From contig JAUSIH010000046.1 in the NCBI GenBank assembly GCA_030648205.1, forward strand, positions 1,370-65,369: a DNA stretch of 64,000 bases. Reading direction: 5' to 3'. The stretch is from Dehalococcoidia bacterium (lineage in GTDB: Bacteria; Chloroflexota; Dehalococcoidia; JAUSIH01). Numbering within the stretch: the first letter of the stretch is position 1; every line of letters starts with the position of its first letter. This document shows positions 1-9,716 of this stretch, in pieces. The position numbers and the translations under genes are program-made. The notes under the pieces were generated by a model. The model did no database searches. It was not told the DNA's origin and was given only the letters and a program-made list of their open reading frames with translations.

Positions 1-844
1 ACGCCTCCGCGTCCAGCTTCACGGGGACGTCTGTCACGATGGTGGTGAGCTTCTTGCCGCGCAGCAGGGTCTCCTTGTTGGCGAGCAGCTTCTCACGCAG
101 CTTGGGCTTCAACTCGTCAATGCGCTGGTAGATGCCCTCAATGCTGCCGAACTGCTGGAGCAGCTCTGCCGCTCTCACTTCCCCTATATCGGGCACGCCG
201 GGTATGTTGTCCGAGTCGTCTCCTTTGAGCGCCTTGAAGTCCGCGATCTGAGCGGGGGAGACGCCGTAGCTCTCCCGCACGCGGGACTCGTCGTAGGTGA
301 CCATCTTGCCGGTGTAGGGCGACCACATGGAGACGCGCGCGTGCGGCCCGACGAGCTGCGTGATGTCCGAGTCGCCCGTCAGGATGATCACATCCAGATT
401 CTGCTCCACGGCCTGCCGGCTGAGCGCGCCCAGCACGTCGTCCGCCTCGAACCCCTCCGCTTCGAAGACGGGGACACCGAATGCCTCCACGATCTGCCGC
501 ACGCGCTGCATCTGCGCGCGTAGCTCGTCCGGCATGGGCGGCCTCTGGGCCTTGTACTCGGCGTAGAGGGCGTCGCGGAAGGTGGGCGTGGGAAGGTCGA
601 ACGCGATGGCCCAGTAGGCGGGGCGCACCTCCTCAAGGGCCTTGAGAAGGGTCTGCGTGAAGCCGTATGTGGCCCCCGTCGGCTCTCCGGTGCGTCGCAC
701 GGACAGCCCCTTGTCCTTCAGGGCGTGGTACGCGCGGTGCACCAGCGCGTGTCCGTCAATGAGCAGCACGACGGGCTGAGCCTTGGACGGGGCCGACTCT
801 CTGGCTGCGGCTTCGGCTTCGGCTTTGTCGCCGGTGGAAGACAT
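1..844 (-). CDS. polA: DNA polymerase I, N-terminal 5'-3' exonuclease domain (partial; the gene continues beyond the window start)
   Basis: Reverse-strand translation from the ATG at 842-844 gives MSSTGDKAEAEAAARE...PVVLLIDGHALVHRAYHAL...GEPTGATYGF...FDLPTPTFRDALYAEYKAQRPPMPDEL, a typical 5'-3' exonuclease N-terminus. The frame stays open to the window edge. Confidence 0.8.
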   Translation of the reverse strand, partial: MSSTGDKAEAEAAARESAPSKAQPVVLLIDGHALVHRAYHALKDKGLSVRRTGEPTGATYGFTQTLLKALEEVRPAYWAIAFDLPTPTFRDALYAEYKAQRPPMPDELRAQMQRVRQIVEAFGVPVFEAEGFEADDVLGALSRQAVEQNLDVIILTGDSDITQLVGPHARVSMWSPYTGKMVTYDESRVRESYGVSPAQIADFKALKGDDSDNIPGVPDIGEVRAAELLQQFGSIEGIYQRIDELKPKLREKLLANKETLLRGKKLTTIVTDVPVKLDAEA

Positions 845-967
845 ATCTGACCTCAATACGCTGTCGCCATTATAGCAGAGGGGCCCGTTGCCGCCGTCCC
901 TCTTGACATGCCGTCCGCGCGGACGTAGTATATCGCTTACCGATATACATCGCTCAGCGAGGTATCA

Positions 968-1390
968 ATGGGCATGAGTGAACGCGCCTACTGGGAGCTT
1001 TTGATCAAGCGGGGCCTGGGGCGGCTGCTGGTGCTGGCCCGCCTCCTGGAAAGCCCGGCGCACGGCTACGCCATCGCCCGTAGCCTGAAGGACATTTACC
1101 CCGGCTGCTGCGAACCGAGCGACGCCATGATTTACCCCACGCTGAAGCAGCTTTACGAGGGCGGCTACGTCGCCTGCGAGGCGCGCTCCACGGAGGGTGG
1201 CCGCCCTCAGAAGCTCTGAACGCTCACTCCGCGGGGCCGGGACGCCCTGCGCGAGGCCGTGGCAGCCTGGAAGGCTATCCTGCCAGACATACAGCGGACT
1301 CTCGAGACGGTCGAACGGACTCTCGATGCTGGCGAACCAACACGCAAACCGGTGGCCGCGTCCTTCCCGCAGGGGAAGGGCCGGGGATAG
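968..1390 (+). CDS. PadR family transcriptional regulator carrying an in-frame TGA at 1217-1219 (possible pseudogene, sequencing error or recoding)
   Basis: The ORF 968-1219 encodes the PadR wHTH region (...YPTLKQLYEGGYVACEARSTEGGRPQKL*). The same frame continues after the TGA as TLTPRGRDALREAVAAWKAILPDIQRTLETVERTL... to the TAG at 1388-1390. This reconstitutes the canonical PadR motif (GRxRKYYxLTxxG) with the stop where a Tyr/Trp is expected. Confidence 0.55.
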
Positions 1391-1398
1391 GAGGAGGC

Positions 1399-2208
1399 AT
1401 GTCTGAGACGACAAATCCGCGGAGAGACGTGAAGGAGGTCGTTCGCGAGCGGTACGGCGCCCTGGCCCGTTCGGCGGCGAGGACCGGCGCCACCATCACG
1501 CTCACGCCGAAGGAGTCGCAAAGTTGCTGCGGCCCAGCGGCGGCCAAGGGCGACATGGTGCGCGTGAAGGGGCTGTACAGCCATGCGGAGACGGAGGGCC
1601 TGCCCGCCGGAGCGCTGGCCGCCTCCGCGGGCTGCGGCAACCCGCTGGCGCTCGCCGAGGTGAGGCCGGGCGAGACGGTGCTGGACCTCGGCTCCGGCGG
1701 CGGGATTGACTGCCTGCTGGCGGCGCGACGCGTCGGCCCGACGGGCAGGGTCATCGGCATTGACATGACGCCGGACATGATCGCGCTGGCGCGGCGTAAC
1801 GCGGCGGAGGTGAAGGCCACCAACGTGGAGTTCAGGCTGGCGGAGATGGAGAAGATGCCCGTGGACAGCGCGTCCGTGGACCTCGTCATCTCCAACTGCG
1901 TTATCAACCTCTCGCCGGACAAGGACGCCGTCTTCGGGGAGGCGTATCGCGCGCTGAAGCCTGGCGGGCGAGTGCTCATTTCTGATATCGTAACCACCGG
2001 CGAGATTCCCGCCGAGGTCCGCGCCAGCCTCGACGAGTGGTCGCACTGCATCGCGGGCGCGCTGCCGAAGGACGATTATCTGGCGAAGATGCGCGCCGCC
2101 GGCTTCCGCGACGTGGTCGTTGTGGACGAAAAGTCGGTCTCCAACCTGACGGGCTGGCGGATGAATCTGGCGAGCATCAAGGTGCGGGCGGTCAAGGCCT
2201 GCGGCTAG
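1399..2208 (+). CDS. arsM: arsenite S-adenosylmethionine methyltransferase (ArsM-like class I SAM-MTase)
   Basis: SD aggagg lies 6 nt upstream. The protein has LDLGSGGGIDC (SAM-binding motif I), conserved Cys pairs (CCGP...; SNCVINLSPDK) and a length typical of ArsM. It sits immediately downstream of the PadR regulator. Confidence 0.8.
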   Translation: MSETTNPRRDVKEVVRERYGALARSAARTGATITLTPKESQSCCGPAAAKGDMVRVKGLYSHAETEGLPAGALAASAGCGNPLALAEVRPGETVLDLGSGGGIDCLLAARRVGPTGRVIGIDMTPDMIALARRNAAEVKATNVEFRLAEMEKMPVDSASVDLVISNCVINLSPDKDAVFGEAYRALKPGGRVLISDIVTTGEIPAEVRASLDEWSHCIAGALPKDDYLAKMRAAGFRDVVVVDEKSVSNLTGWRMNLASIKVRAVKACG

Positions 2209-2465
2209 TGTCTCGTCCCTGAAATCTGTGTACAAATTGTCATTGCGAGGACTCCGGCTTGCCGGAGGACGAAGCAATCTGGAGGGGGGTGTACTCCGCA
2301 ACCAGATTGCCACGCCCCGATTTCGTCGGTGCTCGCAATGACATTAGCAACGAACTTCGGGGACGCCACACAGCGGGCTTGCCCGGAAAGCCGGTTGCTG
2401 CTACCGTGTGGCTGCCGGAACTCCAAGCCCTCCGCGCAGTCGCAGAGGGCGCATAAGGGGGTGTC

Positions 2466-3482
2466 ATGCGTCCTCAGTTCGGCATCGTCTTTACGCCCGC
2501 ACCTCACGCGGACCTTGTGCGCTGGGCCACGCTCGCCGAGGAGGGCGGCTTCGAGCGGCTGGGCATAGCGGACAGCCCGTCGCTGTACCGGGACGCGTAC
2601 GCGCTGATGGCCGTCATCCTGGCCAAAACGACCCGCATCCACGTCGGGCCGCGCGTGACGAACCCCGTGCTCGTCCACCCCGGCGTCATGGCGAGCACGC
2701 TGGCCTCGCTGTCAGAGCTGTCTGGAGGCCGCGTGTACATGGGCATAGGCACGGGCCACAGCGCGCTCCTGAACGTGGGGTTGAAGCCCGCCAGCCTGGG
2801 CACGCTCCGGAGCTTTGTCCTGGCGGTGCGCTCGCTCCTGACCACGGGCGAGGCGGAATGGCAGGGCAAACATGCGCGGATGACCTGGCGGGCGGACCAG
2901 CCCGTGCCCATCTACGTGGCCGCGGGCGGGCCGAAGTCGCTGGAGATGGCGGGCGAGATCGGGGACGGGGTGATCATCGGCAACGGCATGACGCCTGAGG
3001 TCGTCGCGCACGACATGGCGTGCATCGAGCGCGGCGCGCGGACGTCGGGGCGCGCGCTGCGTGACCTGCACTTGCAGTGGCTGATGGCGGCGTGCGTCGC
3101 CGACGACCCGGAGCAGGCCGGCCGCGAGGCGCGGGCGCAGATGTGCTCCAACGCCCACAGCGTGTTCCAGCACGGGATCGAGGGACAGTTCGTGCCCGCG
3201 CCATTGAAAGAGCGCGTCCAGGCGCTCTCGGATGGGTACATGGTCACCGAGCACGCACGCCCGGGGGAGTCCGCGCACAACGCTCAGCTTGTGGACGAGC
3301 TGGGGCTGCGCGAGTACCTGATAGACCGGTTTGGAATCGTCGGCTCGCCGGAGCGGTGCGTGGAGCGCATCAAGGAGTTGCAGCACCGGGGAATCAACGC
3401 GTTCTGGATGAGCGTGCACACCACGGAGAAGGAGAGGGTTATCCGGCTTCTGTCGGAGAAGGTGCTGCCGCACTTCCTGTAG
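2466..3482 (+). CDS. LLM-class (luciferase-like) F420/flavin-dependent oxidoreductase, paralog 1
   Basis: 338-aa TIM-barrel LLM signature (GIADSPSLYRD, GIGTGHSA, GGPKSLEMAGEIGDGVIIG). This is the same family as the genes at 6603-7664 and 14329-15369. Confidence 0.8.
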   Translation: MRPQFGIVFTPAPHADLVRWATLAEEGGFERLGIADSPSLYRDAYALMAVILAKTTRIHVGPRVTNPVLVHPGVMASTLASLSELSGGRVYMGIGTGHSALLNVGLKPASLGTLRSFVLAVRSLLTTGEAEWQGKHARMTWRADQPVPIYVAAGGPKSLEMAGEIGDGVIIGNGMTPEVVAHDMACIERGARTSGRALRDLHLQWLMAACVADDPEQAGREARAQMCSNAHSVFQHGIEGQFVPAPLKERVQALSDGYMVTEHARPGESAHNAQLVDELGLREYLIDRFGIVGSPERCVERIKELQHRGINAFWMSVHTTEKERVIRLLSEKVLPHFL

Positions 3483-3610
3483 TCAGCAGTCCTGCCTGCA
3501 TTGCTTCCGCCGCCACGGCAGGGGTGAACGTTCCAGGACCCTCACCCAGCTTTGCACAGAAAGTGCCGTCTGCACAAAAAGGCAGCAGGCTGAACAAAAA
3601 GTCCAGTCTT

Positions 3611-5308
3611 TCAAATCTTGCTAGGCCAAGTCTCGACAGCAAGTTTTGCTAGGCGATTCTGTCGCTCTTTAATTTCCTTAGCGCCCCAAGATGCGCATTG
3701 GGCTGCCTCAATCGTCAGGGTAAACGTAGAATCTTGAAGTACGGGTCCCTTTTCCTTGTACGGGCTATTCCCGATCATAGAGTTTTTCTTCGCTTGCAAA
3801 ATGACCATATTCCCAAGCCGTTTGTAATAGGCGGCGGCGGTTTCACTATCAATATCCGGCCATTCGTTTCCAGGATGTTCAGGCAGAATATGTTCAAGGT
3901 TGATTGCCTGCTCCTCATCTTGCGGAACCCACTCTGGTTCGGGTTCCTTTTTCAGATATAGTTCCATCGCACGTAGGTAGTACCGCGCCAAGTAGACGTG
4001 GGACACTCTCGCTTCCGAAAAGGCAGTCTCAAAGAGCGCATCTGTAGGAACGACATCTGACATTTTAGCCGCCAGTTCCTTCGCCGTCTTGATTTTCCTG
4101 GTTCCAACATCTTGGGCGCGAAGCGCATAGTTCCGGTCAAGAAGTCCACCACGTCCACCAACAATCAAAAATCGTACTGACCAATAGACAAAGAGTCGGA
4201 ACGCATCCTGTGCCTCTTTAATTGAGAAGTAGCGAGCGACAGCGAACATGAGTGGGCGAATCTGCTCTACGCGAAGGTCACGATTGATGGTAGAAATATG
4301 TTTCCGCGTTCTGGTTCCGTATTGGTTCCATTTGGTATGGTCAGAGTTGTACAACGCGGCGTAGTCATTTGCCGCCTCTGCAACCTCACTGAGAAAAGTA
4401 AGCGCGCGGCTCTGGCTATCCACTGTCTGCCGAACCTTGTCAAAGACCTCTTGGCCTCTAGTTGGACCAGTCTTGGTAATCATGAAATGATGCAAGAATA
4501 TGACTGTAACATCATCTTGCCCTAGCGATTCAAGGACACCCACCATCTTTGCCCAATGCTGTTGAGCCTCATTTATGCGATCCCCTGCGTAACTCAACAG
4601 GTGGTTCTTCAGCAAGTCAGCTTGGGATGCTTTGAGACCACGGTCGTTGAGGGTTTCAAACATCATGAAAGCGTTCAAATGATCGGGTACACGGAGCACG
4701 ATGACTTGCGCTCCGGTGCGCACGAACTTAACCCATTCGAGCAACCGCGTTGTTTTCGCGGAGGGAGTATAAGGGTCCAAAATTTTTTGAATGTGCTTGG
4801 CAGCTATTTCACTCGCCAACTTGATACGCTTGTGGGATTCCTTCATGGGGGCAACCCCTCGTACAGGGTCATCAGGATTCGCCAGAATGAAATTCGAGAA
4901 GAACTCGTTATCGTCAACGTTCAAGCGAAGCTTAGGGACAATTGCCGTAGTGTTGATGTCCGTTGTCTTCAGGAAGTCATTCTCAATTGATTGGGCACGG
5001 GCAGCATCCTTATTCCAGTGGAAGTAGTCCCGAATGGCTGCCAAGAGGATCGTAGATGTCGCAAGTCGTTGTTGACCATCCGAAACCTCTGGAACCTCTC
5101 CCGCTCCCTTAGTTAGAACGATGGTTCCGAGAAAATAGCTGGCCTTGTTGTTAGCTATCGCATTCGCAAAGTCTTGGAGAAGGTCAGTGACATGATCTTC
5201 CTCCCATGAGTACTCTCGCTGGTTCAACGGAACGGCAAGGCGGTTGTGGGCCAAGACCTCTCCAATCCCCTTATACTCAAATCCAATTTCTTCCGTCGTA
5301 ATATGCAT
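3611..5308 (-). CDS. DUF262 (ParB-like nuclease, DGQQR motif) / DUF1524 (His-Me finger) fusion: GmrSD-family type IV (modification-dependent) restriction endonuclease-like defence protein
   Basis: The N-terminal region has NQREYSW and DGQQRL motifs. The C-terminal region has EHILP...GNMVIL, the DUF1524 His-Me finger. The gene sits in a ~2.3-kb segment of clearly lower GC than its flanks. Confidence 0.8.
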   Translation of the reverse strand: MHITTEEIGFEYKGIGEVLAHNRLAVPLNQREYSWEEDHVTDLLQDFANAIANNKASYFLGTIVLTKGAGEVPEVSDGQQRLATSTILLAAIRDYFHWNKDAARAQSIENDFLKTTDINTTAIVPKLRLNVDDNEFFSNFILANPDDPVRGVAPMKESHKRIKLASEIAAKHIQKILDPYTPSAKTTRLLEWVKFVRTGAQVIVLRVPDHLNAFMMFETLNDRGLKASQADLLKNHLLSYAGDRINEAQQHWAKMVGVLESLGQDDVTVIFLHHFMITKTGPTRGQEVFDKVRQTVDSQSRALTFLSEVAEAANDYAALYNSDHTKWNQYGTRTRKHISTINRDLRVEQIRPLMFAVARYFSIKEAQDAFRLFVYWSVRFLIVGGRGGLLDRNYALRAQDVGTRKIKTAKELAAKMSDVVPTDALFETAFSEARVSHVYLARYYLRAMELYLKKEPEPEWVPQDEEQAINLEHILPEHPGNEWPDIDSETAAAYYKRLGNMVILQAKKNSMIGNSPYKEKGPVLQDSTFTLTIEAAQCASWGAKEIKERQNRLAKLAVETWPSKI

Positions 5309-5856
5309 GGTGACCTACCTTCAGCGTTTTAGGAACGCGATGGGAAGGGGGGCTTCCTCTAATTCCCGCACAGCAGTGCGTCGCAGGCGTTCCCTAATCC
5401 ACGTTGCTAAGGGTATTCTGGCGAGAGCAGCAGCCTTCTTGAACGCTTGCCTTTCGGCCTCCTCGAGTCTTATCTAAAGCACTTTGTCGAGGGTTGTCGA
5501 TTTTGGCGGCCTGCCAACTCGTTTGTTCATTGTCCTGTTTGTACTACTAAAAACATTACATGTCAAGCGCAACTATTGAGATATGTGGTTTTTTGTCCGT
5601 ACAATAAGTCCATCAGAAGAAAGCGGCTCGATGGGGAGGAGCGACCATTCAACGAGATTAAAGGCTTGGTCAAGAGTCAGCTCCCTATTTTCCAGAATGG
5701 GGCTGTAGACGGGTATTAGGGCTAACCTCTCCTCAAATTAGGACACGACCTATTTTTGTGCAAAGCTGATACTCCCAGACCCCCGCCAGAGAGGGGCGAA
5801 GCCCTCTCTGGACTCCCTCGCGCCAAGGTACCCCGTGACGAAACACTACGAACGCC

Positions 5857-6558
5857 CTATCCGGTGAACAAGATGCGCTGGCAGTTGGGGCACTGGACGA
5901 TCTCGTCGCCGCGGGCGGCCCTGCGGTAGTCGCTCTCCGGCAGCGAGATGCGGCAGCCCATGCACATGCGGGAGGCGATGCGCGCCACGGCCAGGCCTTG
6001 CCGCAGGGGGCGCACACGCTCGTACAGGGCCAGGGCGGGCGCCGGCGGTTGGGCCGCGGCGGCCTTGCGGCGGGAGGTCAGCCCGGCTATCTCCGTCTGG
6101 AGCCGCGCCTGCTCTGTCCTGAGGCCGTCCTGTTCCACACGCCTCGCGTGCTCCGCGGCCTCCATCTCGGCGGCCCGCGACTTCACGGCTCCCTGGGCCT
6201 GCTCGACGGTGTCCATGAGGGCGAGCAGCTTCCCGTCGGTTCCGCTCCGCTTGGCCTTGAGACGCTCCAGTTCTTCCTCCATGTTCATCAACTCTTTGGG
6301 GCTTTTCACTGAGCCGCCGTAGAGCTTCTTATCAAGCGTCCTGACCTTCTCGTCGGCGTCCTGGATGTCGGCCTCCACGCTGCGCTGCTCGCGTTGAAGG
6401 CGAGTCTGCTCCTCTTTGGCTGTGGCCAAAGCCTGGCGGGCGGCGCGCAGCGCCTCCGTTTCGCCCATCCGGGCCTCGACGGCGACGAGCGCCGCCTTCT
6501 CTCTGTCCAGCGCCAGGTCTATTTCCTGGAGCTGATAAAGCTGCTCCGCAACGGTCAT
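5857..6558 (-). CDS. zinc-ribbon domain protein (COG1579-like coiled-coil protein with a C-terminal C4 zinc ribbon)
   Basis: Long coiled-coil N-terminus followed by CMGCRISLPESDYRRAARGDEIVQCPNCQRILF. Confidence 0.65.
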   Translation of the reverse strand: MTVAEQLYQLQEIDLALDREKAALVAVEARMGETEALRAARQALATAKEEQTRLQREQRSVEADIQDADEKVRTLDKKLYGGSVKSPKELMNMEEELERLKAKRSGTDGKLLALMDTVEQAQGAVKSRAAEMEAAEHARRVEQDGLRTEQARLQTEIAGLTSRRKAAAAQPPAPALALYERVRPLRQGLAVARIASRMCMGCRISLPESDYRRAARGDEIVQCPNCQRILFTG

Positions 6559-6602
6559 GAGTCCATTCCTTTGTGCAGACGTAATCCAGGCGGCCCGACG
6601 TC

Positions 6603-7664
6603 CTATGTGCGGGCGGCCCGGGCGGTGGCCCTGGGCGGCTCCTTGATGTAGGGCAGCACCTTCTCCCCGATGCCCTTGATGAAGCCCAGCGGGTCATGGG
6701 AGTAGATGCCAAAGTGGATCTTCTTGACGCCCATGTTGACCAGGCCCTGTATCTTCTCGATGAAGTACTCGGGCGGGCCGATGATGGTGAAGCGGTCGGC
6801 CAGATAGTCGCGCAGGCCCAACTCGTCCACCAGTTCCGCGTTGCGCCTGTTGGCGCCCAGGCTCTCGTGTTCATGGAAGACGTACTGCTGCTGGAGCTTG
6901 AGGATGCGCGGCTTCACCTCCTCCGGGATCATCTTGTTCTCCAGAGTGAAGCGGAAGGCGTGATTGGCGCTGGCGGCGAGGGTCATGCGGGACTCCAGCA
7001 GGCCGTCCTCGCGCCGATTGCACAGGTTCGCCTTGACGAACCACCAGATGTCCAGGTCCTCCAGCTTGCGCCCGGCCTCCTCCGCGCCCTCCCGGATATG
7101 CCGCAGGGAGTCGGCGACGACCTCCGGCAGAATGCCCGTGCCCACCGCCACGCCGTCGGCGATGCGTCCGGCCAGGCGGAGCGCCTTCGGCCCCTCGCCG
7201 GTGACGTGGATGGGCACCGGGCGCTTGGCCCACGTGAGGCGGCATGTCCGGCCCTGCCACGTGCCCTCGCCCTTGCGGTAGAGGTCCTGCATGCAGCGCA
7301 CGTACTCTTCCAGGACGGCCAGAGTGGAGCCTTTGTACCCCAGGTTATACACGGCGCTGTCGCCCGTGGAGATGGCGAAGTAGGCCCGCCCGCCGGACAG
7401 CTCGTCAATGCTCGCCATGCCGCTGGCGGACACGGCGGGGTGCCGGGTCAGCGGGTTGCTGACGAGCGGCCCGATGAGCACCTTCTTTGTGTTGACCGCC
7501 ATGAGGGTCAGGGCCACGTACAGTTCCCGCGCCAGGGACTGGCTGTCCGCCGCGCCCACGCGGGTGAAGCCGTTGGCCTCCGCCAACTGGGCGCGCTGGA
7601 TGATGATGTCGGGGCTTTGGACGCTGACGCCGTGGGCCATGCAACCGAGCTGGACTGCTGGCAT
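6603..7664 (-). CDS. LLM-class F420/flavin-dependent oxidoreductase, paralog 2
   Basis: 353-aa LLM TIM-barrel signature (GAADSQSLARELYV, AISTGDSAV, GEGPKALRLAGRIADGVAVG). Confidence 0.8.
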   Translation of the reverse strand: MPAVQLGCMAHGVSVQSPDIIIQRAQLAEANGFTRVGAADSQSLARELYVALTLMAVNTKKVLIGPLVSNPLTRHPAVSASGMASIDELSGGRAYFAISTGDSAVYNLGYKGSTLAVLEEYVRCMQDLYRKGEGTWQGRTCRLTWAKRPVPIHVTGEGPKALRLAGRIADGVAVGTGILPEVVADSLRHIREGAEEAGRKLEDLDIWWFVKANLCNRREDGLLESRMTLAASANHAFRFTLENKMIPEEVKPRILKLQQQYVFHEHESLGANRRNAELVDELGLRDYLADRFTIIGPPEYFIEKIQGLVNMGVKKIHFGIYSHDPLGFIKGIGEKVLPYIKEPPRATARAART

Positions 7665-7687
7665 GATGTTCCTCCTTCACACAGTCG

Positions 7688-8590
7688 TTAGGACCGCAGG
7701 CGGGGGTCGAGAATATCCCGCAGCCCGTCGCCCAGCATATTGAAGGCGAAAACCGTCAGGCTGATGGCTATGCCGGGGAAGATGGCGAGCCAGGGGGCCT
7801 GAGTCACGAACTGGCCTCCCTCGCCGGCCAGCATGCTGCCCCAACTGGGGGCCGGAGGCGGAATACCCAGGCCCAGGACGCTCAACGACGCCTCCACCAG
7901 GATGGCGTGGGGGAGCTCGACGCTGGCGATGACGATGAATGGGGCCAGGGTCTGCGGCAGCACGTGGCGGAAGACGATGCGCCAGTCGTCGGCGCCGATG
8001 GCCCGTGCAGCGTCCACAAAGGCCAGGCTGCGTACGGCGATGGTGGCGGCGCGGGCCACGCGCGCTGTGCGCGGTGTCTGCACAATGGCGATGGCGAGGA
8101 TGATGTTCTCAACGCTGGGGCCCAGGGCCGCCACCAGCATGAGGCCCAGGATGAGGGTGGGGAACGCCATCAGCGCGTCCATGATCCGTTGGATGGCCAC
8201 GTCTAGCTTTCCGCCGAAGTAGCCGCTGAGGATGCCGATGATCCCTCCCGCCGTCTGTCCCAGCGCCACCGCCAGAATGCCCACGTACAGAGATATGCGC
8301 GTGCCGTAAATGACGCGGCTCATGACATCGCGTCCCAGGTGGTCGGTGCCCCAGTAGTAGGTCAGGCCGGGAGGGACGAGGCGGGCATCGTAGTGGAGAG
8401 CCAGCGGGTTGTAGGGGGAGATGAGCGAGGCGAAGATGGCGGTCAGCCCCAGCACGACGACGATGGCCGCGCCCGCGGCGGCCAGAGGTTTCGTCCGGGC
8501 GAACCGCCGCGCGAAGGCCGCGGCCTGCCCGGCGCGGGACGGCCTGTAGGCGGGGCTGGCTTGTGTTGTGAATGCCTCTTGCGCTGGCAT
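7688..8590 (-). CDS. ABC transporter permease (peptide/nickel family, DppC/OppC-like)
   Basis: Six predicted TM segments and the EAA-like loop SLAFVDAARAIGADDWRIVFRHVLP. The C-terminus has the GDGLRDILDPRLR motif. Confidence 0.85.
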   Translation of the reverse strand: MPAQEAFTTQASPAYRPSRAGQAAAFARRFARTKPLAAAGAAIVVVLGLTAIFASLISPYNPLALHYDARLVPPGLTYYWGTDHLGRDVMSRVIYGTRISLYVGILAVALGQTAGGIIGILSGYFGGKLDVAIQRIMDALMAFPTLILGLMLVAALGPSVENIILAIAIVQTPRTARVARAATIAVRSLAFVDAARAIGADDWRIVFRHVLPQTLAPFIVIASVELPHAILVEASLSVLGLGIPPPAPSWGSMLAGEGGQFVTQAPWLAIFPGIAISLTVFAFNMLGDGLRDILDPRLRS

Positions 8591-8601
8591 ACGTCACTCC
8601 G

Positions 8602-9564
8602 CTAGCGCAGGTGGACGCGCGGGTCTATGTAGCCGTACAGGATGTCCACGGCCAGGTTTATCACGATGATGATGGCGGCGAACACGACGATGATGTTTTG
8701 GACCAGCGGAAAGTCCTTGGCGGAGATGGCCTGGACAAGCGCCCGGCCAATCCCCGGCACGGAGAATATCTGCTCCATGATGACCGTGCCCCCGAGCAGC
8801 ACGGCGTATTGGAGGCCTACGACGGTGACCACGGGCAGCAGCGCGTTGCGGATGGCGTGCCGCGCCACCACCAATGTCTCGGGCAGGCCCTTGGCCCAGG
8901 CGGTGCGCACGTAGTCCTGCCGGAGCACCTCCAGCATCTGGGAGCGGGTCATGCGGCTGACGGTGGCGGTGAAGTAGTAGGCCAGCGCCAGCACGGGCCA
9001 GATGACTTGCTGGGCGTTGGTCAGCGGGTCCTGGACCAGATCGGCGTAGGCCAGGGGAGGAAGCCAGTGGAACCCGATGGACAGGACCAGGATGACGAGC
9101 GTGCCAGACCAGAAGGTGGGCATGGCCAGTCCGCCGATGCTGATGATCCGCGCGAGATAGTCAATCCACGTGTCCTGCCGGATGGCCGATATCACGCCCA
9201 GGGGAACGGCGACCAGGATAGCTATCAGCATGGTGAAAGTGGCCAGCTCAATAGTCACGGGCAGGCGTTGGGTGATTTCCTCCAGCACAGGCGTGTTGAA
9301 ACGCAGTGACGTGCCCCAGTCCAGACGCACAAGCCCCCACACCCAGTCGAAGTATTGCTTGGGCAGAGGGTCGTTCAGGCCGAGCTGTTTCCGGAGGGCG
9401 TCAATCTGCTCCTGCGGAACGGAGGCCGGGTTGTCGCTCAGGCCGGCCAGGACGATGCGCGCCACGTCTCCGGGCAGGACGCGCATGACCGCGAAGATGA
9501 TGAGGGAGACCAGGACGAGGGTCAAAACTCCGCTCAGGAGGCGTGTAATAACGTATCTATGCAT
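8602..9564 (-). CDS. ABC transporter permease (peptide/nickel family, DppB/OppB-like)
   Basis: The N-terminus is MHRYVITRLLSGVLTLVLVSLIIFAVMRVLPGD. The EAA region is YVRTAWAKGLPE and the C-terminus is YGYIDPRV. Confidence 0.85.
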   Translation of the reverse strand: MHRYVITRLLSGVLTLVLVSLIIFAVMRVLPGDVARIVLAGLSDNPASVPQEQIDALRKQLGLNDPLPKQYFDWVWGLVRLDWGTSLRFNTPVLEEITQRLPVTIELATFTMLIAILVAVPLGVISAIRQDTWIDYLARIISIGGLAMPTFWSGTLVILVLSIGFHWLPPLAYADLVQDPLTNAQQVIWPVLALAYYFTATVSRMTRSQMLEVLRQDYVRTAWAKGLPETLVVARHAIRNALLPVVTVVGLQYAVLLGGTVIMEQIFSVPGIGRALVQAISAKDFPLVQNIIVVFAAIIIVINLAVDILYGYIDPRVHLR

Positions 9565-9716
9565 GGACTAATCACCATCGGACCGCACGTGGAGAGGGGA
9601 GGTCAGAACCTCTCGTCCCCGTGTGCTTTTGTCCAGCAGCCTGTAACGGGCCGGACGGCGTGAGGCTGGAGCTGGCCTGCGCGCGATGTCCTGCACAGGC
9701 CAGTTCCAGAAGCATC

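Noticed and set aside
5447-5719. 90-aa + strand ORF in the AT-rich region upstream of the DUF262/DUF1524 gene
   Set aside because: It has no SD or recognisable motif, and Cys/Phe-rich composition is typical of AT-rich non-coding DNA. The region more likely holds the promoter/UTR of the defence gene.
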